A stretch of DNA of 63,123 nucleotides, filler included, from Sphacelaria rigidula (taxonomy: Eukaryota): assembly GCA_964200075.2 (NCBI GenBank). It is 5 parts of 5 records of this genome, joined end to end, with 100 filler letters (N's around TTAATTAATTAA, not from the genome) between each part and the next. Parts side by side here need not be neighbours in the genome. Positions count along the whole stretch, not along the records: positions 25,296 to 37,839 come from CAXNAA020003647.1; positions 37,940 to 50,482 come from CAXNAA020003648.1; 3 more parts are not named here. One strand, 5' to 3'. Position 1 is the first letter of the stretch; the number at the start of each line of letters is the position of its first letter. The translations under genes were made by a program, and so were the position numbers. Positions 25,373 to 38,820 of the stretch are shown here, piece after piece. The notes under the pieces were generated by a model. The model saw only the letters and a list, made by a program, of their open reading frames with translations. It made no database searches and was not told where the DNA came from.

Positions 25373-26816
25373 CCCTAGCAATTGGGGGGAGGGGTCGGAG
25401 CTTTGATATATGTACCGGTACGCTCGTTGATACAATAACTCCAACGTGTAAGCATTGTACTCATAGCGAATCGCCGTAGTGCATCGTGCTCGGCACAGAA
25501 CACTACAGTACAGCACATTTCAGCACGGCACAGCGCAGCGTAACGCAGCGCGATGCAGCGCAAGTATCCTTCGGCTTACCTAGAACAACAAGGGAGAACA
25601 AGGCGGTATCGGGGGACTTGAAACTAAACATAATATGCACCTCTGGAGTGTTCCATGATAATCCGCCCCCACGAAGAACCGATAATGTCGAACCCTTTGT
25701 GGCAACCCCATGCGACCTGCTCGTTTAGTTAGGAGCCGCGGGGGCGGGTGGGGGGCAGGGGGGGGGTCGTGTCGTTGAACGTTTTTGTACACAACTCGTC
25801 AAGGCCTCTACATCGGCCGGTAGCTTTCCAACGCCAACTGCACACCCAGCAAAACAAAAAAAAACGGAGAGCGGACAATACGTACACACCGCAATGCGTG
25901 GCGATTCATTCTACCTCTATGATGGAAGAAGGCGATGCCCCCCCTCCCCCAACAGTATACATGAACAGGTGTAAAGGTATCCTACAAGATTGTATCGCCT
26001 GGCTTACGCAGTGTTGCAAGCGACGTCTCGAGTATCATCAAACGAACATGTATGCCAATATATCAACGGCATCAATCCGGCGGGGGCAGATAGAGGAGAA
26101 GAGGATCATGAAGACCTGGTCGGTAGCCAACGACGCGCAGCAGTATAGGGTTTCCCTATTGCAGCACCAGCAGCAGTAGCAGTAGCAGTAGCACCCTCCG
26201 GTCGAAGAAAGGGGTGTGAACCGGTCGATGCCAACGCCTGCGGGAAAGTGGCGGACGCCAAAGGTTTGGATCGATACGGAACACGTACGAGGACAAGGGG
26301 GGCGATGTACCCAAATAGAACGGAGTCCCTTCCGCATGGTCTGACCGTACTACTCGCCCGAGTGTGCATATGAATCGGGCATAGGTGTACATATCTTCTC
26401 ATGTTGACTGAACCAAGCTACTCGCTCTACAGTGCTTTTTTTCGAACAGGAGGGTAACGACACATTTTCCGTCCGCATTACCGCTAACCTCGACGTGTAG
26501 ACCACAGGCACGGCTTGCCACATGGACCAAGAGCTTTCAACACAGGGAGTATCCTCTCGGTTTGGTTTGAAGGGTACGTGGCATCAATCCAGACGAGCAA
26601 CCCCGACATCGAATTCCGATCAGGATTGGCGTACGAACGAACTGCGGTCTGCTCATTGGATCGAAACCTTACGTATCCCCCTGTTGGGCTTGACAAACGC
26701 ACACAACACACACACACCATTGCGTTTCCTGCTCCTTAATCATCACATGATGAGATCGCCCTTGCTTGAAATATCTCCAGTGCTTCGTCAACGATACACT
26801 TTCCCCATTGTAGGAA

Positions 26817-26861
26817 AACAAGCAACAGCAACAATAGCAGCAGCAGCAGCAGCAACAACAA

Positions 26862-26892
<31 letters not shown>

Positions 26893-26925
26893 AACAACAA
26901 CAACAGCAACAACAACAACAACAAC
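26817..26925 (+). repeat. (CAA/CAG)n trinucleotide microsatellite
   Basis: Directly visible. Confidence 0.95.
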
Positions 26926-27540
26926 GATAACACGGGAAGCACTCCCACTATAACGGAGCTGCACGACTTGCGACAGAATACCTGACAGCAGAAGCGCACG
27001 ACGGATCAATACTGCGGTAGCTACCCCCAAGTCATCTGAGCAACGGTCACCGTGTAAAACAAGCGACCTAAGCACCCGAGAAACATGGCAAACACCACAA
27101 TTTGAGGGCAAGGCGAGCGACCATACACACTTGCCTCAGAATCCGCCCTGGACAGCATGGCCGCGGCGCCGACAGACACGAAAAGTCGCCGCATAGTATA
27201 CTCTTGTCCTGCTCCAATTGTGCACCAGGCAGAGCAAGTCTCATGTTTTCAGGGTTCATGATTTCGGGTACACTTGGTAGGAGACGGCGGATCAAGGGGG
27301 ATCACATAATTGTTCCTGTGCAGTGAGTAACACCTTGCTGACGGGAAACGAAAAATCCGCACGAGACTTTTTTGACAGCACCTACTCTCTCCAACAGGAA
27401 ACGCGCAAGACTCCAAACTCCCGGGTAGCTACGTCTACAAGCGCTTCACTAGAGCGATATCTTTTCAACGGAACGAATTTGAATGGCACGATTGCCGAAA
27501 TGTTCGACGTCATCTTCACGTTAGAGGAGGAGGGGCGGGC

Positions 27541-28010
27541 GAGCGGGGGGTGTACTCATCATATTGCATGCCGTAATCATGAGGCTTTTGACTTTGATCC
27601 CTCAATCCCTAGAAAGCCCGGGACGGAGCACGCCGGGTGTTCGCCGAACCAGGCTCGCAGTCACCGAGCGCAAAGCGCCGTGAGGTGTCCGGCGAATGGC
27701 ATGAAGCGCGAGCTGCATCTTGCTGAGATTGTTCGCCCCGAAGCGTACTGATTAACGTGCATGTGGATGACAGCCTCCAATGAGTCGCTCCATGGGTGTG
27801 TCACCATATAAACACCACGTAGTACGATCATCCCCTTTGCGCGGAGTTCGTGTTCTCCACCCCTTTTAGTATGATCTACCTTCACCACCATCATGGTTAT
27901 CGCAAATAGGACGCAAGTGAAACAAATGGTAACCTGGTTGCCTCCGCAGTGAGTGGCACGTTTTACAGCGTCGTTACCAACCGACGCCAACACTCAAAAG
28001 GGGGGAGGTG
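27541..28010 (-). mobile_element. C-tailed unclassified element, copy 2
   Basis: Reverse complement aligns with 3598-4070, e.g. ggacggagcacgccgggtgttcgccgaaccaggctcgca, gttcgccccgaagcgtactgatta, tttacagcgtcgttaccaaccgacgccaac. Confidence 0.8.
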
Positions 28011-28515
28011 GGCGCAGCTGTGACTGGTGTGCGATCCGGAACCATTGCTCAATTTTAGAAATCACCTAGCTTCACCGTGGACTTCAAGCGAATTATCCGT
28101 AATTCGTACCCACGCCATTTCCTATTGCCCGTCCACTCCTTCATCAGCAAAAAACAATAATTTTTAGCGTACTGAAAATGAGGACGTTTCTGTTCCACAG
28201 TAGAACCTGGGATACTTCGTATCGACTGCAAACCAGCCAGCTGCATGATTATCGGCTGGATGTGTACCCTGCGTGGGAAACAAAGCCCGACGCTGCTTCT
28301 ACAACAGTGTACACTGCTACAGAGTACTATATCGATATCTGATCACATCTTCTGCTTTCTCTTATTCTGTTACTATTGAATATATATATATATACGCTTG
28401 ACCTTCCACCACTGCAAAGCTAATAGCACAATTTGTACCGTGATTCACCGACCGCCTCCCCCATGAGACTGTGATGTGAACCCTCGTTCCTCTCACGTGC
28501 ACCTTACCCTGTCAG

Positions 28516-31500
28516 GGGAGGTGAGCGACGAGGGCGTTGTGTCGCCCATCACTACGTCAATTCAGGTCAAGATAGACGTCACCCACCCTGACGTGCATAT
28601 CATGGCGAAGTCGCTCCCCGGGGACCAAGTTTTCTTCAAAGCGGGAAAAATGCATCTTCGATACTCGTACGTTCAGTAAGGCGCATGCTATAAGTGTACA
28701 GACAAGTAGCCTCAAGATGGATGGGTTGATGGATTCATGGATCGACTGTCGCAAACTAACTGATCCTCGAGGGACCGAGTCGTGGTCACACGATAGACCT
28801 TATTGAAAAATAAAAACAACACAACACAACAACACGAACAGAACCGAGCGGGATAAAGGAGAGGAGTGTGGAGAAGGACGAGCAAAACAATGACGAGAAA
28901 AGATGAAGAAATAAGACTAGAAAAAGCTGGTCCATGCAGCACGACTTTACGTATAAAAAAAGGCCGTGCGCGAGAAAAAAAAGGAAAAGATCATGCACCA
29001 ATACACAAGATAAAACAAAGAGGCCGTGGGAGCAGATCGCGGCTCAGCTAATTCGGACAAAACTATTTGGGCATGGGTTCTCACGCATGGGCCCTACGGA
29101 AGCAAGGCATCAAACTGCTACCGTCTATCACTGAAAGGAAATAAATAGAGTGAAAGAGAGGTGCGCACAGAACGAGAGAGAGAGAGAGAGAGAGCAGAGG
29201 AGAGGGCGAACACAGAATCGATGAAAGCCAAGGACACAGTAGAGCATGTCCACAAGCACATTCAGGGGATACCGCAAGAACACAAGCCGAGGGAAAATTC
29301 AACGAGCGATGAGAGAAGACGGAGGTGGATCAGTTTCCGTGTAAACCGAGCTTCCCCCACTCATGCTTGGTCGGGTACAGAGCGGGACACTATCTTGTCC
29401 ATTTCCATCCTGGAGTCCTCAAAAGCTTTTGCTCTCCGTTTACGGCTCTCGATGTAGGAGCCCCTCATTTTGTGGCGACGATCCGATTCGCGTTTGTCTT
29501 CGCGTCGGCAGGTATCCTCAAACTGTCCCGCCCTTTTCTCGACTCCAAGATGCCATCTACGGACGTCCTTGACGACAGTGACACAATCGTGTTTCTCCTT
29601 GAACTCCATTCCGTAGGCGAAGCCTTTCCGTCGTTTCCCTTTGTGTAGAAGAGCCCGTAGTTCATTAAGGTGTTCCCGAATGCGGTCCCCCCGATGTTCA
29701 GGCGGCTGGTCCGCCTCCTTGGGCCCGGTTCCCCCTGACCGTTCGAACACGATGCGCCTCGGCACTAATATTTCGCCCTGCCGCGCGAGGGCCCTTGCGC
29801 ACCGGACTTGACGACTGCGCATATTTGGCTCGATAAGTTCGCAGTTGGTCATCTCGAGCGCATCTCTGTACGAAAGAGTCTCGTAGACAGCACGCTTGTT
29901 CCTGCCGAATCCCATCACTCGCAACAAAGGCTTGTGGTGGGCAGCGCAAAGATTCTTGATTTCCTCGGGGCGCAGTGTCCATGTAGTACATCCGGACGGC
30001 ATAACTCCCACCACCTCCTCTTGAAGCAGCGGGACTGTCAGAAGTAGCTGGGCGTTGGGCCTATCGTAGAGTTGGGGACTATAGTTTCGGAGGCGTGCCC
30101 ATGCAGTGCTGATGCAGCGGTTGATTTCGATGGGGATATTCGCATCCACGCCGACAGCATCACGAAGGTAGACAAGCTTCGCCATCTGTTTATGCCGCTG
30201 GCCTGCTCCCTTGATGTGCAATGCAGTCTCTGCGGAGCTGGGTACTGACCACAGGCTGAAAACACTGTGTTCTACTCTCCGGTATCATTGATCCGAACTC
30301 CCGACAGGCCCCCACTACAGTACCACGGCCATCATCCTAGCCAGACAGTCTGGGAACCTTGGGGCTATGCCGGTGTCATCCGCATGTAGCATTCCCCATA
30401 TCGCGCGCCGCATCTTCTCCGGCGGTGTCTCTTCCAGGAGTTCAACATGGCCACCCCTTGGTTCATCATCTATTAATAGAGGTACCAAGTCCCGTCTGCC
30501 GCGAACTGCTGTAAGATCACGTCGACCAAGGCTGCGTCGAAGAGGTTGAACAGTAGCGGGGACGACATGCGTCAGTCTGAATCCCTGGCAGATATGGAAC
30601 CACATTGATGGTTCGCCATCGTCCAGCTGTACCCGTGCTCGCATGCCATCGTGAAGCATACGCAGAACTTTGATCGTTCGCGGCGGGACTCCGAATCGGG
30701 CAAGCATTCCTCGCAGGAGCGTGCGGTTAATGAGTCGAAGACCTTTCACAGGTCGATGACGCACATATTTAACGGGACAATGCTCACCCGTCCCAATTCC
30801 TGTAGTTGGCGGACCACGAACATCGTATCGGCTGTCCATCGTTGGCACCGGAATCCGCACTATTTTTCGGGGAAGTTCGCAGCTGACATGGGAGATTATT
30901 GTAATTTTTTCGTAATGGGCGATGTTCATTTGTGTATCCAGCAAGGTGGAGTAGTACCGTTCCCGATTCTCGCAAATTGTCTTCCTCAGCAGTTTCCGGC
31001 TCTCGTCCTTGATATATTACCCGCCCTCGATCTTTCACCCTCCTTGCAGATGTCTTGACCGTTCTCTCGTATCCCCAATTCCAATATGCTCCTCCAGTAC
31101 CTTGGCATACACATAGCCGGTCGCCCTGGTGGCTCAGTTAGTAACCTCGAAACCTTCTGACGGATGGGTCGTGGGTTCAAATCTCGAAGCGATCTGGGAT
31201 TTTTCTCACCCAGTGCCCAACAGTAGAGAGTGACTACGTCGTGGGTACACAAAAGTCGACGATGATCGACGAGGGAAAGGGACAGCTGGACCCCTCTCGC
31301 GATAAGGTAAAGGTAAGCACCGCAAAAGGAAAGTGGAAAAGTAAAACAAACAACAAATGAGAAACTCCTGCGTTGGCCTTCCTCCTCACTGACCTCGTCA
31401 GATGCGCCTACATATACCAAAAGATGTTGACCGGCGTCCAGAATGGATGGGACAACAATACACACACACACACACACACATCCGGGTTTCTGTGCACCCG

Positions 31501-34500
31501 AGCTTGGATCACCTCTTTGACTTCCCTGCACAGCCCCAAGATGATATCTGGCAACCTTTTACTCGTCATTGCGGTACGCTTAGGTGTCAAGAAATCTTCA
31601 AATCGTTAAGAGCGTCCACAGAAAATCTAGTCGAAACATGGGTGATGCTTGACACCATCACGTCCAGGCTTCGCTTTTCTCGGCCGTCTCATGTTCCATG
31701 ATGCCACTCTATTCTGAGATTTGTATCCTCAGCGCAAATAAGTCCATACTAGTATCATTCACATGAGGATACATGGATATGCAGCGACAGACTCTTCTTG
31801 AGGGGGCTGTGTGCTCATGTGCTGCTACGTCTCCTTGGTACTCCGCAGTATGCTGTACTGGGATTGGAGTACAGTCGGTGGTACTTCGTCTCGCTTTCAA
31901 ACTCCCCCATCCATGTTTCGACATCTCCCGTGGTGTTGGAATTCCAATCTCATGCTAGTATCACTGAATGCAAAGTCGTGCGAGAGCTCTAGTCGAGAGA
32001 TATCATGCCAAACAGTGTCCCTGTGCTGTGCAGCGTCCCCTTTCTCGAGGGAGGCAAAGCTGAGAAATCAATAACCCTGGGGTGTTGTATTACGTCATGC
32101 AGTTGCTCCGCTTTTCTGCTGCAACTAGGAGCGACGGTCGGGACGCGATCTCATGTTCACCCACACCCTCAACACCCCCAACGAGCACCATTACACAATA
32201 AAAATACACCATCCACTTACACGCATATATACACATACACACCTGTTTGTTATGATGAAGGAAGGCGTTGGTCTAATATACCAGCCAACGGCAGACAGGA
32301 CGGGCTTTGTTGAAGTATGCGCTATATTCAATATTGTGCTGAAATTGTCTGGTCGTTCAGACCCGTGGTCACGCGAGGGATGGGAAAGGTAACGGTGGAT
32401 AACACCCTTGCACGGTAATGCGGTTTTGACCTCAATTTTTTCGTTCGCAATCCTCGTAACGAAAGTGCTGTTGTTATCAATCGACCATCTCGAAAATTAT
32501 ACAACATAATAATTCCCATCAAACGCCGTCGTTTAGAAATCCTTAATCGTGTAGCACGGGAGCACAGGTGGTATTTTCCGTCACATGTGCTTAGTGCAAC
32601 GGTCAGCTATCCCTTTCCCCCCCCGGCAAGGTGAGTGGGCCGTGCGTATCAATCGATTTATCGAAAAGATTTATTTCTCTTGCGCACTCCTTTTTGGTCA
32701 GTATCTTGGGTATTACTTTCGACCCAATCATCACTTGCCCCGTACTGACAAAATTTCATATTTCATTGATGCCGTTTCATGTTATTGCACCGCATTAGAT
32801 CTTACTCCGAGTGCACGGATCTCACTTCTCACTCAGCTTCCACCGCCACTACCCTCGACACTGGTGATGATGCGGGTGCGTTCATGAGACGAGAAAAGGC
32901 ACACTAGTCCCCGCATGCGCACATATAAAGAGGACCACTACTCTGAACAACACAGGAAGGCACGGCACAGAGCCGTAAAATCTACAGTGTTCACGGTTCG
33001 CTACCGTGTAGGGGGCAGTGACAGCGCCGTACAGCGCTTGTGCAGTACCGCACACACTCAGTACATTACAGTATTCGGTACGAGATAGTACGGGATGGTG
33101 GGTAAAGTATAGAACATTCACAGTACCCGTACACTGGTCCAGGTATACTGGTGTAATCCACCATTTGCCAAGGAATAGTGCTGTAGTTCTCCAACGCCAT
33201 CAGGGCGTGACATGGCGGACGAAGTGGAATGTGCAGAAGGCGCTCCTGCTGCGGAGTCGTTGCAACATGGATGTGAGAGTGTGGATGGTACTGACAACAG
33301 CCAAAGCAAGCATGTTCGAGAAGGAGAGGAAATTAAAAGGCAAGTGGTCTTCATTTGCTCACAGTAGCGAAATGTGCCGTCCTGCTAGATTGATAACCCT
33401 GCACTGTAAGTACGACTGGAGGGGCTGGATACCGCAGATTTACATACTGCATGGCGTGATTCGCCGCTGTCTGGCATCACATGGGTGGTTCACATGTTCG
33501 TCCATCCCTGTCTGTCCATCTTCGTACATTTCTGTCATGGTGTCTTGACAGTTGTCTCTATCGCTGTATTTTCGTGTATGTTTCTCTTTGGCGACCACAA
33601 CCGCAATGGCCTGCCCTCTGCCGCCCGAACCTGTGTGCGGTGGGGTAAATGAGATAAACTGTCGTGTTGCGGAAACCAAACCGCACCGTTCGCCACTTTG
33701 TACTGTACAGCAGCACTGTCTAGACAATGGTGTATCGCACTGTAGTCTCTGTATACCATAGGACGGTAGGTGCGGTCATTCCGTTGGTACAGCAGGAATA
33801 TCGAGAGCTTCAAATTCATACGGCATATGGTTCCTACGACGAGCGTCAACTGCTATGAAGGAGCGTTACGAAGGCGAACGCACGAACGCCGCGGTTTGAG
33901 GAGCGTGAGGTACATGAAGCGGCAGTGCCACATGCTGCAATGTGGTACTACTGTACGTGTTCCATGTCTTTCCCCAAGTTCAATTGCACATAAGCAGGGC
34001 CACCTGAGGTAGACAGGAGGACAAAGATGACCCAAATCACGGATACACGCCAAGACGTTGTCTCCTCCTCTTCCCTGTTCCAGTGTTGCGCTTGCAATTT
34101 TCGTTGGTATTATTTTTTTGCCACACTTGCCCCTCCGTTCCCAAGGACGAGTCCGTAACCTCAAGGGGTCCACTTATCTCACCCGGTACACGCGTCCCAT
34201 TGTTGTAATGCGGATTGATTAGCAGTCCCACACCGCATCGGCCCCTGAAGACACAAACAATGCTACTCGCACCCCGACGCTTTCAACGGCAGAAATCAAA
34301 TACTAAACGCATCTGGTGGGAATTTCACTCACGTTATTCCCGACCGCATGGTGTCGGTTGTATTACTCGACGACGGTGGCGCGAAAAATCGAGTAAAAAG
34401 TACGTGATAATACCAAAAACGTCAACGTCTGGTTCGTGCTGTGTTGCAAGTTCATATCCGAGTGAACCCTGTCGACCGCGCTGACGCCTTGTCATTACCT

Positions 34501-36692
34501 CCTGAGTAGTCCATTCCGCAGACAGCTTGTGGTGGGAAACGTTTGTGTGTATATCATGCTGTTGTTGTGCTGCCATCCCATCAATTCTGGACGCCAGTCT
34601 TCGGTATACGTGGGCACATCAGTTGGGGCCACACAGGAAGAATGTCAACACAGGAGTTTTTGGTGTTTGCTTCCGCGCTCGACCTTCCTTCTGCGGTGCC
34701 TGCGATGCTTGCCTTGTTTTTTATGATGAGAAGGTTTGAGCAGTTCCCTTCCCTCGTCCACCGTGAAGTCGACTTTTGTGTACCTACAACAGAGTCGCTC
34801 TCCATCGTTGGGCGTGATGTTAGAAAAAAATCACAAATCGTGTGACTTCACCGAGATTCGACCGCATGCCTAAATCGTCAGAAGGCTTCGAGGTTATCAG
34901 CTATATCACCGTGGCAACCGGCATTTGTCTGCAGTAGTGTTCGTGTGGGCATATCGCTTTATGCTGGCACTGCCCTAATTGCGCGCGGTCTATTGTAATC
35001 TGTGATAGTTGCATGTTTAGCCGTACATAGGACCTCCGTTAACCCCATGAGTGGACCCATGGAACATCTCTCGATCAGGTCCGAAGTTCCCTTCAGCCAT
35101 CTCGTAACGACGTTCAGCGATAGTGGTATTTATCAAAAGTGCATACGCGTGGACATGACGTTTCTATCCTTGCTTCTTTTACCCCAGGCCGGAAACGGAC
35201 GGAGACAACCAAACCGGAACGAACGCAGCGGAGGAGGAAGCAGCTGTCGGATCTATTCACCACATTCTCAAAACTGCCTTCAAGGAGCTCTACGATCCAC
35301 CTCCTTCCAATGACGACGTCGATGCTACCGCGGTTACGGGGACAGAGGTAGCCAATCTCCTGCTTCCAAGAGGAGATGGCGGTGGATCACCTGAAACCGT
35401 TGATGGTGTCGAGGGCGATTCTCGGGGTGTCCCCGAGGAGACAGAAGCGAACGATGGTGACAGCATAGCCGATGGGAAGACAAGGGCAAAGGTGCGTCTG
35501 GTACACTGTAGATTGCGGCGATAGCACATTGACCGACAAATCAAATGTTCGGGGGTCATTTTGTACGTGTGCTTGTTTGAATGCAAGGGCCGAAATGCCT
35601 ACGGCAAAGGGTTGTAATTATAACCCTTCCGAATGGTTTTTATTTGGGTCCCAGCACTACGAAATTTGTCTTCCAACAAGTGTATGACAAAAACGGGTGG
35701 TATACACATCGGAAAGTGAGGCGCAACAAAAACGGTTGCATGGCTGAGATCCGGGGCAGTATTGCAATCTCAAGAGCAGTCATAGAGATGTATCGTGTGT
35801 AAGGAGATGAAATCAAAGTGGGGAATAATATATCTTGGAGATAAGCTTGGTCGCGCGGAAAGCGTCTTGCAATGGTGCAAAACGATAACGGTTCCTGGGA
35901 GTGTACATCTGGTTGGGAGAGGGCAATTGTACTGAGCCCAAATCCTCAGGTTTCGTTCTGTACGTTGAATATCTCGGAGACTTTGTCCGAGCGGCGGACA
36001 GTGAACGGGTCGCTGCACCCTCTTCACGCGCTTCGTGGAAAGTGGGCTGCTCGAACGAGAACATGATACGATTCCGGATGTTGCAAAGATAAAGTTTCTT
36101 CCGATATGTAAAAGACGCATTGAAGCTTTTGGGACCGGCGATATATAACTGCGAGGGGTGTGACATCAAAACAATGTACTACACAGCTCCGGCTACAATG
36201 GTAGGTTTCGTCTTCTCCGAGCATCTTCACTTGTTGTATCTTGGTCGTTTCTGTTGTGTTGGCAACCGTAGCCTCCGCTAGCGAGTAAACTGCTCCTCCT
36301 TCATTCACTTACCTTGGGTTCATGGCATGGTCTTTGTCAGAGTCTTGTCTGCTTCTTTCGATGATGCAATCACCCCTCTATTACATGACCCCGGTAACTC
36401 GGCATGGATAAGTCAGGGAATACTCTTATCCTTAACTTCCCGCCCATCCCGTTTCCGGTCGTGTGCCCCAGCTGCAGGACGAAACCACCTCGGGAGAAGG
36501 GCTCACCCCAAACGAGGGCGGCATGGTAACCGACAGAATATCGAACACGGCCGAGGGTGCCAACACAGAGCAGGAGGACAGGAGCGAACCTGCCGGCGCG
36601 GAGCTTCCGGAGACAGACGACATCACCCACGACAGTGGCGAAGACGAGAAGCGAAATCTTACTGAGGATGACCAGAGTAACATCGATGACAG
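28516..36692 (+). CDS. Internal exons of an unidentified large multi-exon gene (partial at both ends)
   Basis: Exons with good splice sites: 28516-28666 (EVSDEGVVSPITTSIQVKIDVTHPDVHIMAKSLPGDQVFFKAGKMHLRYS), 35188-35491 (PETDGDNQTGTNAAEEEAAVGSIHHILKTAFKELYDPP...), 36472-36692 (LQDETTSGEGLTPNEGG...). Phases are compatible. Further candidate exons near 27324, 31849, 33204 and 33770 are unresolved. Confidence 0.5.
29330..31110 (-). mobile_element. Degenerate non-LTR retrotransposon (RTE-like LINE): reverse transcriptase and C-terminal region
   Basis: Frameshifted peptides MLARFGVPPRTIKVLRMLHDGMRARVQLDDGEPSMWFHICQGFR, WGMLHADDTGI (YADD-derived) and VYLRDAVGVDANIPIEINRCISTAWARL...GCTTWTL are typical of RTE ORFs. 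Confidence 0.85.
31116..31480 (+). mobile_element. tRNA-derived SINE with (CA)n tail, copy 1
   Basis: Head ggtggctcagttagtaa (A box)...gggttcaaatctc (B box); body gtgggtacacaaaagtcgac...cgacgagggaaagg shared with other copies; ends in (CA)n. Confidence 0.88.
34544..34922 (-). mobile_element. tRNA-derived SINE, copy 2
   Basis: Reverse complement aligns with 31116-31480 (gtcgacttttgtgtacc, gtcagaaggcttcgaggtta, catcccatcaattctggacgcc). Confidence 0.85.
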
Positions 36693-37839
36693 GTGGATGG
36701 GAAGTTACACAACCGTATGTCTACCAGCATCGCATGTGGCTACCCACCTCGCTACTTATGCCAATCAGTAGTATGTCTGCCGGTCATGCACGTTTGCTTT
36801 TCGTTTTTCGAAGTTGTGCATACTTTACTTCCTTTTCTGCATGATGGAAGTCTGCGTTTGGTGAATACGGCCCAAGTTGCAGCAGCAGCCCGAATAGGCG
36901 AAGCTTCTCCGTGTGAAAAGAGGAGCAACGATGAGCTAACAGGCAAATCCGTGCGCAATTCCGTGTTATTTTTCATGTTCGTGCTACCATTTGATGACGA
37001 TGTCCCTATAATACTAGTGCATCAGGCAAATTAATCGTTATTTCTCCATTATTTTGTAGGTGGTCTATGATTGATGCGGAGCTGAAGGAGCAGCGTGCTC
37101 TAGCCGTTGGACTGAGGGACTACAGTAGATCCAAGAGACTAGAGGCAAAGGAGTTCGACAGGCAAGAAGTGACAAACAAATCACCATAGCTACGTGCGAC
37201 GCCCAACGCCAACTTAAACCGGGTGACAGATCAAGACATACTCTATTTCTCAAGCAAACAATTGAGCGCTTAGATATATGGAGAGCATACGAACATCGAG
37301 CATCGCGTATACATACAAACATGAGCATTTTTACAAGAAAAAAAGCCATCCTATGGCCGATCGGCGCGTTTCCTTCAGATAACATTTTGAGCGCAATACA
37401 CCATGTTTCACGCTGTCTTTATTTCTGATCCGTTGACGGCCTCCCAAGAACGCACGTTTCATTCGACGGACGTCTGCACACTCACTTGATGCACTGACGC
37501 CCAAGCCCTATAGTTGGTAGTTGATGGTACTTTTGTACCTTATGGTGCAAAATTCGTACGTATCCCCTTCCCTAACGGCATTGGAGTTGACACGAAACCC
37601 GTATATTGTTCGCAGTCAGACCCGCTGTGTGGTGTCCGATACGTCGATATACATCGCACATATACCCATGGCGGCAGTACCAACCTGTCCATCCCACCGA
37701 ATCAGCAACCTCAAGGCTTCAACAGTCTGCAGCCCCCAAAACTGCTTTCGGTTGCAAGCCACCATTCAACACAATTTATCAGCGCCGAAAACGTCCGAGA
37801 ATTGGCGCGTCGTCACAGCGCAACATGCCCCCCCCCCCC

Positions 37840-37939
37840 NNNNNNNNNNNNNNNNNNNNNNNNNNNNNNNNNNNNNNNNNNNNTTAATTAATTAANNNNN
37901 NNNNNNNNNNNNNNNNNNNNNNNNNNNNNNNNNNNNNNN
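37840..37939. other. Artificial contig linker
   Basis: N44-TTAATTAATTAA-N44. Confidence 0.99.
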
Positions 37940-37963
37940 ACAAGTACATATCGGCAGTCTCAC

Positions 37964-38820
37964 CTCCACAAGCGCACAGTTGAGCATGTGTGGTATGCAC
38001 CATTCCCACGATGCCGTCATAACCTTGACGCATAGGCGCCTTACGTCCGACCCACCGTCCGTGACTGTGCTGAAAAGGTCGCTGTCTCCCAGATCATACT
38101 CAGACAGCACCTCCCGCACCCAGAGAAGGAGCACGTCTGACAGACGCGACTCGTCACTCAACTCGGGGGCGGGCCTGAACAGCTTGACGGCCAGAAGCGC
38201 CGTGTGTAGTTTGAATGCCTGCGACATCCAGAAAACTCGCACACCTGTGACGATGAGGGCGCCGACAGGGGCAGGGGCAGCGAGTATGTGATGAGGGGTC
38301 TCTTTCTCTTTGCATGATATCTGGCAGGCAAAAGTTCAGAATGTCAGTGACACCTCGACAGGCCACGGAGGTGTTAGTGTTGATGTAATCAAACCCAAAA
38401 GTTACAAGATGAAAAATCATAGCAATTCGGACGAACACGTCACACACAGATATAGCATCACGACATAAAAGAGTGACCAAGAAACCAAGCACGAAAGCAT
38501 GGGGTGCAACAAAAGGACAAGGTGTCATTTGGAAGAACCGATGCGCGTTTTCACTCATCATCAACGCACTTCCTTCAACCTACTCATAAACACGAGAACT
38601 CACCGAGGTACTTTTCGTTCGAAGTCCGGCTCGTCCACAAGTCAAAGTTGGCGTGTACTATTGGCCCTCCAGCGCCGTTGGTTGCCATTGCGAGGGACTG
38701 CCGAAGTTTGGAGACAGTCGCCGCGTAGATTTCCGTCACGAGTGATTTCACTTGCTTCGGGTTCAGAGCCGTGGGGAACTCGGCGACGCAGGCCAACTCG
38801 AAGAACTGTCGCATCCCCTC
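37964..38820 (-). mobile_element. hAT-superfamily transposase fragment with spliceosomal introns
   Basis: Exon ~38820-38604 (EGMRQFF...HANFDLWTSRTSNEKYL-G|gtgag) splices in phase 1 to exon 38244-37964 (cag|G-VRVFW...STVTDGGSDV...WEWCIPHMLNCALVE|gtgag). DxWTS, TDxxS and CxxH are hAT catalytic-domain motifs. The upstream part is cut by the 80-bp repeat and the downstream part by the contig end. Confidence 0.85.

Noticed and set aside
26161-26400. Retroposon 3' end with (CTA/CTG)n tail on the minus strand
   Set aside because: Single copy in the window, with no head or coding evidence.
26522-27111. Poly-Leu/Val/Thr ORFs
   Set aside because: They are translations of the (CAA/CAG)n microsatellite.
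31116-31195. Functional tRNA genes at 31116, ~34900, 50423, ~61340 and 13611
   Set aside because: Stems are degenerate. The copies at 31116, ~34900 and ~61340 continue into a shared body with a (CA)n tail and 50423 is the same head cut by a contig end, so these are SINE heads; 13611 lacks a recognisable anticodon arm.
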